A stretch of DNA of 32,000 nt from an archaeon. GTDB taxonomy: Archaea; Nanobdellota; Nanobdellia; Pacearchaeales; GW2011-AR1. How positions within the stretch are numbered: position 1 is the first letter of the stretch; the number at the start of each line of letters is the position of its first letter. Position numbers and translations under genes: made by a program. This document shows, piece by piece, positions 1-7,025 of this stretch. Below the pieces are notes generated by a model. The model had not been told where the DNA came from, did not search any database, and saw only the letters and a program-made list of their open reading frames with translations. The stretch lies in NCBI GenBank assembly GCA_043797265.1, contig JAZDPV010000002.1:8203-40202 (forward strand), in the 5' to 3' direction.

Positions 1-1265
1 CTCAAAATCGCCTCCCCGTTTTCATTCTTCGTCCCCCCAATCTCGCAAACATCATCCAGGCACCTGAACCGCACCCTCGCCTCGACCGGATTCAAATCAA
101 CATCATAACTATAAACATCAACATCCTGATTCCTAAACTCACAAACTCTCGATTCAATCGAAGCCCCAGTCGTCGTCGGCAACGCAGCCCTCGCCCGATT
201 CTTCGAAATCACAACCGCAACCGGGAACTGGAAAATTTCCTTCTCATCGTAAAACTGAACCAGCACCGGGAAATTAATATCATAAACAAAATGATAAGGC
301 ACATAACAAAAACCCATCATCCCCATCCCTTCCTGCAACCCAACCGGCTTCGCAACCATGTCCCCATAAATCTCAATCGACGTCGGCCAGCCCAGCGAAT
401 AAACAAAATTAACATTCTCATCGATTCTTTCGCCAATATCCGTAACAAAATAACTCTCCTCCTCCGACGACAAATCATAATAACTCCCATCCAACTTCAG
501 CATCGGGATATTCGCCCCAAGCCCACCAATAATATCTTTCTTAATATTCTCTTCGACAAAAATCTTCGGCGCGCAACCAATCTCCGTCCCCGTCACCGGC
601 GCATACAGCCTCATCACATCCAGCGCATAATTCTCTAAAAACATCGAACTCTTCTCATAATCATAAACATCAATCGCCATCCCATAAAATTTCCCCAACT
701 TGCTTCCGACCGAAAACTTGTGCTCATCAACGACAACCGCACTCTCACCCTTGAAAATCGTAACCTTATTATTAACCTCCAAATCAACACTCAAACTATT
801 TATCCTCGATGAAACACTCCCCTCATCAACATAAACATCATAACCCGCCTTTTCAAAATCCGAAAAATCACAATCACCAACTCTCTCCGCAACATAACTC
901 GCCAACTCATTCTCCATTCCCGTCCTGCTCGGAACACTTTCCCTCAAAAAATTATTCCCCGAAACATACATCCAATACGGAACCGCCTGCCCCAAAAAAT
1001 TCAACTGCGACGAAAACGGCATATAAGCAGAACCCGACTCAAACTCAGGAATCTCAATCCGCCCCCCCTGCTCCCCCAAAAGATTAATTCCCTCGCGCGC
1101 ACTCGCCTCCAAACACGAAATATAACAATCATAAACCGGCCTCAACTCCTCCGGCACACTCTCACCTAAATTATCCCTCAAAAGAAAATACATCGCAACC
1201 CCGACGACAATCACAACTGCAACAATAATAAAAATCGTAACCTGTGCCCTTCTATCGCCTACCAT
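1..1265 (-). CDS. Partial (3' end beyond window start) pilin-like/secreted hypothetical protein, at least 421 aa; N-terminus MVGDRRAQVTIFIIVAVVIVVGVAMYFLL
   Basis: Absent from the ORF track because it has no stop in the window. Hand translation of the reverse strand from the ATG (complement of 1263-1265) stays open to position 1. Basic residues, then A-Q, then about 20 hydrophobic residues resemble an archaeal class III signal peptide. Confidence 0.6.
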   Translation of the reverse strand, partial: MVGDRRAQVTIFIIVAVVIVVGVAMYFLLRDNLGESVPEELRPVYDCYISCLEASAREGINLLGEQGGRIEIPEFESGSAYMPFSSQLNFLGQAVPYWMYVSGNNFLRESVPSRTGMENELASYVAERVGDCDFSDFEKAGYDVYVDEGSVSSRINSLSVDLEVNNKVTIFKGESAVVVDEHKFSVGSKLGKFYGMAIDVYDYEKSSMFLENYALDVMRLYAPVTGTEIGCAPKIFVEENIKKDIIGGLGANIPMLKLDGSYYDLSSEEESYFVTDIGERIDENVNFVYSLGWPTSIEIYGDMVAKPVGLQEGMGMMGFCYVPYHFVYDINFPVLVQFYDEKEIFQFPVAVVISKNRARAALPTTTGASIESRVCEFRNQDVDVYSYDVDLNPVEARVRFRCLDDVCEIGGTKNENGEAIL

Positions 1266-1287
1266 TTATCCCCACCTCTCAAAACAA

Positions 1288-1364
1288 AATCCGTGTTAGT
1301 TAGCATGCCCCAACCCATTTGAACTATTAATTTGTGAGGGTACCGCGTTAGTCCGTGTGCTAAT
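1288..1364. repeat. Interrupted copy of the triple-decamer repeat family (aatccgtgttagt ... ccgcgttagtccgtgtgctaat)
   Basis: Matches the copies at 2621-2654, 8792-8826 and 25801-25833. Here it is split by a ~42 nt insert containing agcatgccccaaccc. Confidence 0.6.
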
Positions 1365-1506
1365 TTTTCCCCCATACAAAGTCGCCCCCATACACCTGCC
1401 CACGACGAAGTCGTAGCCCCAATCACGAAGCAATTATCCCCTCGACGCGAAGCGTCGTATCCCCATTTTTGCAAAGCAAAAATATCGCCAAACGAAATCT
1501 CTGATT

Positions 1507-1626
1507 TCATTTTTTTACTTTCTCCTTAATTAATTCCATAATCTCGCTATTAATATCTTTCTCAATTTTCGCCTTAAACTTCTCCCACAACTCCTCATCC
1601 TCGACCAACAACAAATACTTTTTCAT
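1507..1626 (-). CDS. 39-aa small protein MKKYLLLVEDEELWEKFKAKIEKDINSEIMELIKEKVKK; possibly ribbon-helix-helix/antitoxin-like
   Basis: Hand translation; below the track size cutoff. Its stop overlaps (ATGA) the start of reverse ORF 1259..1510. The functional guess rests on size and charge pattern only. Confidence 0.3.
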   Translation of the reverse strand: MKKYLLLVEDEELWEKFKAKIEKDINSEIMELIKEKVKK

Positions 1627-1823
1627 TTTTTATTCCCACAAAAATGAAACATGAAACATCTTCGATGTTACTTTTTCACCAAAACCCAAACAAACCCAAA
1701 CTTATAAACTTTCCTAAATAAATTATTAACTAACTTACTTAGTAAGTTCATCCAACACTCTTAAATCCAATAACTTTTCAAACCCGCCCATAAAAACCCC
1801 AAAAATAAAAAGTGCCACCAAAA

Positions 1824-2285
1824 CTATTCCACAACTTTTCTTTTTAACCCCAAATACTCCATAACCCTCTCAGTATCTCTCATTAAAACTTTTGGTACCA
1901 TACAATGACTTTCTCTATATTCTCCATCCCAACCAACCGAAAAAGTTCTTTCCCTTAAATTTATTGTGCCTATCTTTTTTTGAACATACCCCCATTTCTT
2001 CCTATATCTCTCTGCCGGAGCATATTCAATATTTACATTTCCGGGTCCTTGCCTATTGTTGAATCTGGATAAGCCCACAATCCCGACAAGAGAATCCTTC
2101 CCGCCATAATTAACTTGCCCCCTCGGCCGCACCCTATAAAGCCATCGCACTACATTATTCAAAATATCTTCAAGATCATAAGAATCCTCAACATCTGCCA
2201 TCATGCCCCCAAGTACTCTATTTAATCCATCTGTATCCACAAGTGCTCTATCCCCAACTTCTATATGCACAACCCTTTTCCCCAT
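1824..2285 (-). CDS. Hypothetical protein, 153 aa, no family recognised
   Basis: ORF track; ATG start confirmed; balanced non-repetitive composition; lies 3' of tRNA-Val. Confidence 0.5.
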   Translation of the reverse strand: MGKRVVHIEVGDRALVDTDGLNRVLGGMMADVEDSYDLEDILNNVVRWLYRVRPRGQVNYGGKDSLVGIVGLSRFNNRQGPGNVNIEYAPAERYRKKWGYVQKKIGTINLRERTFSVGWDGEYRESHCMVPKVLMRDTERVMEYLGLKRKVVE

Positions 2286-2376
2286 ATACCCAAAATCATT
2301 TACACTATATTTAAATATTATTGCAGTTGAATTAAGTAACCCATTCTATAACAAATAATCACTCAACTATCTAAAA

Positions 2377-2447
2377 TGATCCCGCCAAGAATCGAACTTG
2401 GACCTATACCAAGTCAAGGTATCGTTCTACCACTAGACTACGGGATC
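2377..2447 (-). tRNA. tRNA-Val (anticodon GAC), 71 nt, no encoded CCA
   Basis: Hand fold: acceptor GATCCCG/CGGGATC, T arm CCAAG-TTCGATT-CTTGG, anticodon stem ATACC/GGTAT with loop TTGACTT. Oddities: one mismatch in the D stem and a U at position 37. Confidence 0.7.
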
Positions 2448-2488
2448 GCAGAGCCCGTAGGATTCATGATGCATCTTCGATGCAACTT

Positions 2489-2554
2489 TAGACTACGGGA
2501 TCCTTCCCGTCGTCTCCATGAAACATCTCCGATGTTACTTTAGACTACGGGATC
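2489..2554 (-). repeat. Two extra copies of the tRNA-Val 5' end (GATCCCGTAGTCTAAAGT), each followed by a triloop hairpin
   Basis: tagactacgggatc occurs at 2434-2447 (in the tRNA), 2489-2502 and 2541-2554. Hairpins gcatc-ttc-gatgc (2471-2483) and aacatc-tcc-gatgtt (2522-2536) lie between them. Confidence 0.8.
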
Positions 2555-2620
2555 TAATAAACATATAATTCAATCACTTTTAACTTTTCCGCTTCCAAAC
2601 ATTTCATAACACCCAATCAG

Positions 2621-2654
2621 AATCCGTGTTAGTCCTGCGTTAGTCCGCGTGCTA
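2621..2654. repeat. Triple-decamer repeat element (aatccgtgttagtcctgcgttagtccgcgtgcta)
   Basis: Direct comparison with the copies at 1288-1364, 8792-8826 and 25801-25833. Confidence 0.7.
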
Positions 2655-2688
2655 TTTCTCTTCTCTAAAACTAAAAGCTAATAACAAG

Positions 2689-2697
2689 TTTTAAAAA
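2689..2697 (+). promoter_or_regulatory. TATA-like box TTTTAAAAA about 26 nt upstream of the rpl44e ATG (leaderless-type spacing)
   Basis: The same TTTAAA-type box at about -25 recurs upstream of rps27e (11447-11455), aIF2-alpha (11688-11695), recJ-like (about 10056-10066) and the giant gene. Confidence 0.45.
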
Positions 2698-2718
2698 CCA
2701 AAATCCAAACTTAATACT

Positions 2719-3021
2719 ATGAAAATCCCAAAGACAACAAACAGATACTGCCCCTATTGTAAAAAGAAAACTCCACAAAAAATTAAAGAACCAAGCAAAG
2801 GAAAAGCAAGTTCAATGAAACGCGGAAGCAAAATTAGAATGAAACTCCGAGGACTCTGGCGAGGCATAGGCAACCAGGGAAAATATTCCCGTATGAAAAA
2901 CCAAGCAAAACAAAAAAGAAAAACAACTAAGAAAACAAACCTCATGTACACCTGCTCCGTATGCGGAAAATCTAAATATCAAAAGAAAGGCAAACGAACC
3001 TCAAAAGTTATAATTGAATAA
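2719..3021 (+). CDS. rpl44e: Ribosomal protein eL42 (L44e)
   Basis: 100 aa, K/R-rich, two CxxC pairs (CPYC, CSVC) in the spacing typical of L44e. Confidence 0.9.
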   Translation: MKIPKTTNRYCPYCKKKTPQKIKEPSKGKASSMKRGSKIRMKLRGLWRGIGNQGKYSRMKNQAKQKRKTTKKTNLMYTCSVCGKSKYQKKGKRTSKVIIE

Positions 3022-3650
3022 TGGCAGAAAGAAAAAAATACATCGAAGTTCAAATCCCAATTCTAAATTCCGCGACAAATGTTTTAGGAACCCCGGAAAA
3101 TCTAAACAACAAAACAATAAAAATCGACCTGACACGACAACTCCGGGGCAAAGGACTAACAATCAAACTCAAAATAATAAACCAAAAAGGGACACTCATC
3201 GCCATCCCAAATAGCATGGAACTCTCGATATCCTACATAAGAAGAATCATGCGAAAAAGAATAAGCTACGTCGAAGACTCCTTCAAGACAAAATGCGCCG
3301 ACGTCCAAGTCACAATAAAACCATTCCTAATCACGCGAAAAAAAGTCTCAAGGGTAGTTCAAAAAAATCTAAGGAACACCACAAAAGAATTCCTGATAGA
3401 ATATGTAAAAGAAAAAGACTACAACCAAATCTGCCACGAAATCCTCGACAGCACACTTCAAAAAACCATGCTCCCAAAACTAAAAAAAATATATCCCCTC
3501 TCCTTTTGCGAAATCAGAAAATTCGAAACAAAAGAACTGGGAAAAATAAACATAGAAAAAGCGTCCAAAATAATCGCCGACCAAGAAAACCAAATTGAAG
3601 AAACACTAAAAGAAGAAACCATCGAAAACAAAGAACCAGAAAAAGAATGA
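3021..3650 (+). CDS. rps3ae: Ribosomal protein eS1 (S3Ae)
   Basis: 209 aa. Its start overlaps the rpl44e stop by 1 nt. KKIYPLSFCEIRK near the C-terminus and the overall pattern match archaeal S3Ae. Confidence 0.85.
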   Translation: MAERKKYIEVQIPILNSATNVLGTPENLNNKTIKIDLTRQLRGKGLTIKLKIINQKGTLIAIPNSMELSISYIRRIMRKRISYVEDSFKTKCADVQVTIKPFLITRKKVSRVVQKNLRNTTKEFLIEYVKEKDYNQICHEILDSTLQKTMLPKLKKIYPLSFCEIRKFETKELGKINIEKASKIIADQENQIEETLKEETIENKEPEKE

Positions 3651-4366
3651 AAAAAATATTTTTAGGGGCACCAGGCTCGGGCAAAGGAACCGCCGCTTCA
3701 AAAATCGCGCCAAAACGCAACGTCCCGCACATTTCAACAGGCGACCTATTCAGGGAAAATATAAACAAAAAAACGCCCATCGGAGCAAAAGCAAAAGAAT
3801 ACATAGAAAAAGGAGAACTTGCCCCGGACGAAATAGTAATTGAAATGTTAAAAAAAAGAATACAACAAGAAGATTGCCAAAACGGATTTATCCTCGACGG
3901 ATTCCCGCGAACAATTTCACAAGCAGAAAAATTATCAAAACTAACTAACATCGACCTCGTAATAAACATAAGCGTCCCAAAAGAAATAATCATCCAAAGA
4001 TTATCCTCAAGAATCACCTGCAAAGAATGCGGAAAAATCTTTAACGCAATCTACCATAAACCAAAAAACGAAAGCAAATGCGATCAATGCCATGGGGAAA
4101 TAATCAGAAGACCCGACGACAAACCAGAAATTATCCAAAACAGATTAAAAATCTACGAAGAACAAACCGCCCCACTCATCGAATTTTACAAAAGCAAAGG
4201 AATCCTGCAAAATATTTTATGCGACGACATCAACAAGCCAGCAGACGAAACAGCGCAATTAATTATAAACTCTATAAAAGAATTCTCAAACAAAATAAGT
4301 CAAATTATTCTACCTTCAAACCTTTCTTCTTTGGCCTCTTCTTCCTGCTCCTCGAAGTCCCACTAA
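3647..4366 (+). CDS. adk: Adenylate kinase, long bacterial type with zinc LID
   Basis: P-loop GAPGSGKGT; LID CKECG...CDQCHG; RRPDD. 4-nt overlap with rps3ae. About 29 aa of S/L-rich tail follow the conserved core. Confidence 0.92.
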   Translation: MKKIFLGAPGSGKGTAASKIAPKRNVPHISTGDLFRENINKKTPIGAKAKEYIEKGELAPDEIVIEMLKKRIQQEDCQNGFILDGFPRTISQAEKLSKLTNIDLVINISVPKEIIIQRLSSRITCKECGKIFNAIYHKPKNESKCDQCHGEIIRRPDDKPEIIQNRLKIYEEQTAPLIEFYKSKGILQNILCDDINKPADETAQLIINSIKEFSNKISQIILPSNLSSLASSSCSSKSH

Positions 4367-4498
4367 TTAACTCCCTCAATTTTTTCTTCCTCCGCGCAAC
4401 TCTCCAAGAACGATTCCTATCAAGTCGCTTCGGCTTATTTTTCCCCGGCATAATAACTAATCAAAAAATCACATTTTAAATCTTTTGTTTGACTCACA

Positions 4499-4570
4499 AG
4501 CCTGCGAAGGGAGTCAAACCCTCGACCCTCTGTTTACAAGACAGATGCTCTATCACTGAGCTACGCAGGC
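4499..4570 (-). tRNA. tRNA-Thr (anticodon UGU), 72 nt
   Basis: Hand fold: GCCTGCG/CGCAGGC acceptor, GCTC/GAGC D stem, TCTGT-CTTGTAA-ACAGA anticodon arm, GAGGG-TTTGACT-CCCTT T arm. Confidence 0.88.
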
Positions 4571-4618
4571 ACAATATACCATCAAGAAACCTTGTTTTAA
4601 ACTTTTTGGACTCACAAT

Positions 4619-4724
4619 TAATTTTAATTTTCGGTAGGGAATTTCGCAGCGTAAAAATTTCTGCAGTGTATTCAAATACATAAAGAAATTTTTACCAAGA
4701 AATTACCAGCGAAAATTAAAATTA
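4619..4724. repeat. 106-nt palindromic (MITE-like or structured-RNA) element, copy A
   Basis: About 90 percent identical to 31486-31591. 15-bp perfect terminal inverted repeat taattttaattttcg/cgaaaattaaaatta, inner inverted repeat gtaaaaatttct/agaaatttttac. The terminal tta is the stop codon of the GINS gene. Confidence 0.8.
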
Positions 4725-5279
4725 ATCCTCATCAATGACTTCAACCCGCTTATCCTTTTCAAGAATATCCACAATTTCAAATTCTAAATTTGCAACCTCT
4801 CCCTTCCCAAACGGCCCAACATCCCTCCCGCTAATCCCTAAAAACTCCGGCACATCCTCGAGAAATCTAACCAACCGATGTTTCCTCTCATCCCTCGCCG
4901 AACCAAACATATCAACCGCCTGATTTTTTTCCGCCCTCTCCAGCGCCTTCACCAACTCCTCAAACAAATCCTTCTCGAACCCCAGCAAATTCTCAAAATC
5001 CTTCTTCGAAATCCCAACCTGCGACGCCACAAACGCCAAATTTAAAATCTTCTTTTTCCGAATCCTCAGCAAATCCCTAAAACTCGAAACCGCATTATCC
5101 AACTTCTTCTTGTTTTTAATCGCAACATCCGAAAACAAATCGTCCTCCTTCCCAAGAAACTCCTTCTTCTCCCGAAAATACTCCGACACCTCAATCAAAA
5201 ACCTCTTCGGCAAAACCTGCAAATTCTCGCTATACTTCTCTTTCCTCATCGCTTCATAAATATCGCTAAACGTCAACAT
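4722..5279 (-). CDS. GINS subunit (Gins51/Gins15-like)
   Basis: 185 aa. The helical N-domain pattern (SDIYEAMRKEKYSENLQVLPKRFLIEV) and C-terminal VRFLEDVPEFLGISGRDVGPFGKGEVANLE resemble archaeal GINS51. Judged by pattern recognition only. Confidence 0.6.
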   Translation of the reverse strand: MLTFSDIYEAMRKEKYSENLQVLPKRFLIEVSEYFREKKEFLGKEDDLFSDVAIKNKKKLDNAVSSFRDLLRIRKKKILNLAFVASQVGISKKDFENLLGFEKDLFEELVKALERAEKNQAVDMFGSARDERKHRLVRFLEDVPEFLGISGRDVGPFGKGEVANLEFEIVDILEKDKRVEVIDED

Positions 5280-5354
5280 CCCAACAAAAAATCTACCCCA
5301 TTTAAAAGAATTGTTATACTAAACAAATTTAAACCAAAACCGCCTCGAAAAACC

Positions 5355-6404
5355 ATGTTCGACTCACTGAAATCAAAACTAAAAAACTGGCTAAACAAAA
5401 ATAAAGATGCCCCAGATACCAGGGGATACGCCGAGCGGCGACCCATAGCCGAAACCCCAAAAAAAGAAAAGAAAAAAATCAAGACCAAAAAACCAAAAAA
5501 CGAATTAGAATTATCTTTAAAAAAAACAATTGAAACACCAATTGAAAAAGAGAGCTTCTTCTCCAAATTCAAAAAACGACTGACTGAAGAAAAATTCGAA
5601 GAACTCTTCCAAGAACTCGAAATGATTCTCCTGCAAAACAACGTCGCATACGAGGCTGTCCAATCAATAAAAAACTCCCTCGCTGAAAAACTAATCGGCA
5701 AAATCCTAAACGAAGTCGACCTCTCAAAAGAACTCAAAGAATCAATCGAATCAATTCTAATCAACCCGCCAGACTTCCTAAAAGAAATCAAGAACTCGTT
5801 AGAAATAAAAAAACCATTCGTAATCCTCTTCGCCGGAATCAATGGCTCCGGCAAAACAACGACAATCGCGAAAGTCGCAAACTATCTCCAAAAAAATAAA
5901 CTAACTGTCTGCCTCGCCGCTGCCGACACTTTCCGAGCCGCCGCAATCCAGCAACTCGAAGAACACGCAACCAAACTAAAAGTTCCATTAACAAAAAAAG
6001 ATTATGGCTCAGACCCAGCATCCGTCGGATTCGAAGCAATCGCACGCGCAAAAAAAAATAAAATCGACGTCGTCCTAATCGACACCGCCGGCCGAATGCA
6101 AAACCGCGACTCGCTAATGAAAGAAATAGAAAAAATCTCACGAATCACAAAGCCAAACATGACAATCTTCATCGGCGAATCAATAACCGGCAACGACGCA
6201 ACCGAACAAGCCAAAACATTCAACGACGCAATCAACATAACCGGAATAATCCTATCTAAAGCCGACGTCGACGAAAAAGGCGGCACCGCAATCTCCGTCT
6301 CCCACATCACAAAAAAACCAATCCTATTCCTCGGAACCGGCCAATCCTACAACGATTTAGAAATTTTCGACAAAAAAAAGATTATTGAAAAACTAGAACT
6401 ATGA
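5355..6404 (+). CDS. ftsY: SRP receptor FtsY
   Basis: GINGSGKTTT, DTAGR and SKADVDEKGG motifs; K/E-rich N-terminal A-domain. Confidence 0.95.
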   Translation: MFDSLKSKLKNWLNKNKDAPDTRGYAERRPIAETPKKEKKKIKTKKPKNELELSLKKTIETPIEKESFFSKFKKRLTEEKFEELFQELEMILLQNNVAYEAVQSIKNSLAEKLIGKILNEVDLSKELKESIESILINPPDFLKEIKNSLEIKKPFVILFAGINGSGKTTTIAKVANYLQKNKLTVCLAAADTFRAAAIQQLEEHATKLKVPLTKKDYGSDPASVGFEAIARAKKNKIDVVLIDTAGRMQNRDSLMKEIEKISRITKPNMTIFIGESITGNDATEQAKTFNDAINITGIILSKADVDEKGGTAISVSHITKKPILFLGTGQSYNDLEIFDKKKIIEKLEL

Positions 6405-7000
6405 AATTAAACATCCCTTTTCGCAAATCAGAAATAGACACAGAATGCGCCCAAAGATGTCTCCAAATGGTTCTTGAATATTTCGAACAAAAACATTCAA
6501 TCAAAGAACTCTCAAAACTAACCAAACAACTCCCATCTGGAATGACATGGACAGCAGGAATAGCAAGAGCTTCAAAAATTCTCGGGTTCGAAACAAAAAT
6601 AATTTCCAAAACAAATTTTTCCCACGACGAAAACGAAATAAAATATTACAAAGAACACGCAAAAGAAATGAAAACACTTTACAATTTAATCAAAAAAAAT
6701 AAAAAACTAAAAATCTCGACAGAAGAAGAAAATCTCTCAATCAATCAACTAATAAAACTCCTAACAAAAAATTCAATCCCGATAATTCTTATTAATTGGA
6801 ATACATTAATCCAAAAAGAAAATTATCAAGGACATTTTGTAGTTCTTTCAGGATATGACAATAAAAATATATATATTCACAACCCTGGCATAGCAAAAGC
6901 CCAGCCATTTATGAAAATCAAAAAAGAATTATTCAAAAAAGCATGGGAATCAAAAGGCACCGACAAAGACATTGTATTAATTTCAAAACCCAAAATTTAA
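6401..7000 (+). CDS. Peptidase C39-like (papain-fold Cys peptidase) domain protein
   Basis: N-terminal Cys context (TECAQRCLQMVLEY) and downstream GHFVVLSGYD His motif, about 200 aa. ATGA overlap with ftsY. Confidence 0.5.
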   Translation: MKLNIPFRKSEIDTECAQRCLQMVLEYFEQKHSIKELSKLTKQLPSGMTWTAGIARASKILGFETKIISKTNFSHDENEIKYYKEHAKEMKTLYNLIKKNKKLKISTEEENLSINQLIKLLTKNSIPIILINWNTLIQKENYQGHFVVLSGYDNKNIYIHNPGIAKAQPFMKIKKELFKKAWESKGTDKDIVLISKPKI

Positions 7001-7025
7001 TAACTCCAATTAAACCCCTATTTCT

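Noticed and set aside
1259-1510. 83-aa reverse ORF, ATGA-coupled to the 39-aa RHH-like ORF. Could be a toxin-antitoxin pair.
   Set aside because: The ORF is built almost entirely from intergenic repeat material: the triple-decamer element, three triloop hairpins and a pilin-start-like AGCATGCC..AACCC fragment. Its composition is odd, W/G-rich. It is more likely non-coding, but this is not excluded.
2434-2554. Possible miniature CRISPR-like array: an 18-nt repeat with spacers of about 35 nt.
   Set aside because: There are only three copies. One is the 5' end of a tRNA. The spacers are related hairpin modules rather than unique sequences, and there are no cas genes.
4305-4451. Highly basic micro-ORFs on the reverse strand: a 48-aa ORF at 4305..4451 (MPGKNKPKRLDRNRSWRVARRKKK...) and a 46-aa ORF at 24335..24475 (MEYGGSERRRTKKDLRRKRLARGYKRGGK...). 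Possible ribosomal-like peptides.
   Set aside because: The G-rich bottom strand favours AGG/AAG/CGG/GGN codons, so K/R/G-rich short ORFs are expected by chance. The first overlaps the adk tail. The second is TGATG-coupled to the upstream pilin-like gene and might be real, but I have no supporting motif.
5273-5854. Reverse-strand ORFs antisense to forward housekeeping genes: 5273..5854, 3514..4023, 6002..6310, 7706..7993, 8012..8431, 10166..10471, 11689..12147 and others.
   Set aside because: They overlap confidently identified genes (ftsY, rps3ae/adk, srp54, recJ-like, aIF2-alpha). Their translations are F/L/S/R-rich with no motifs. Several start at non-ATG codons.
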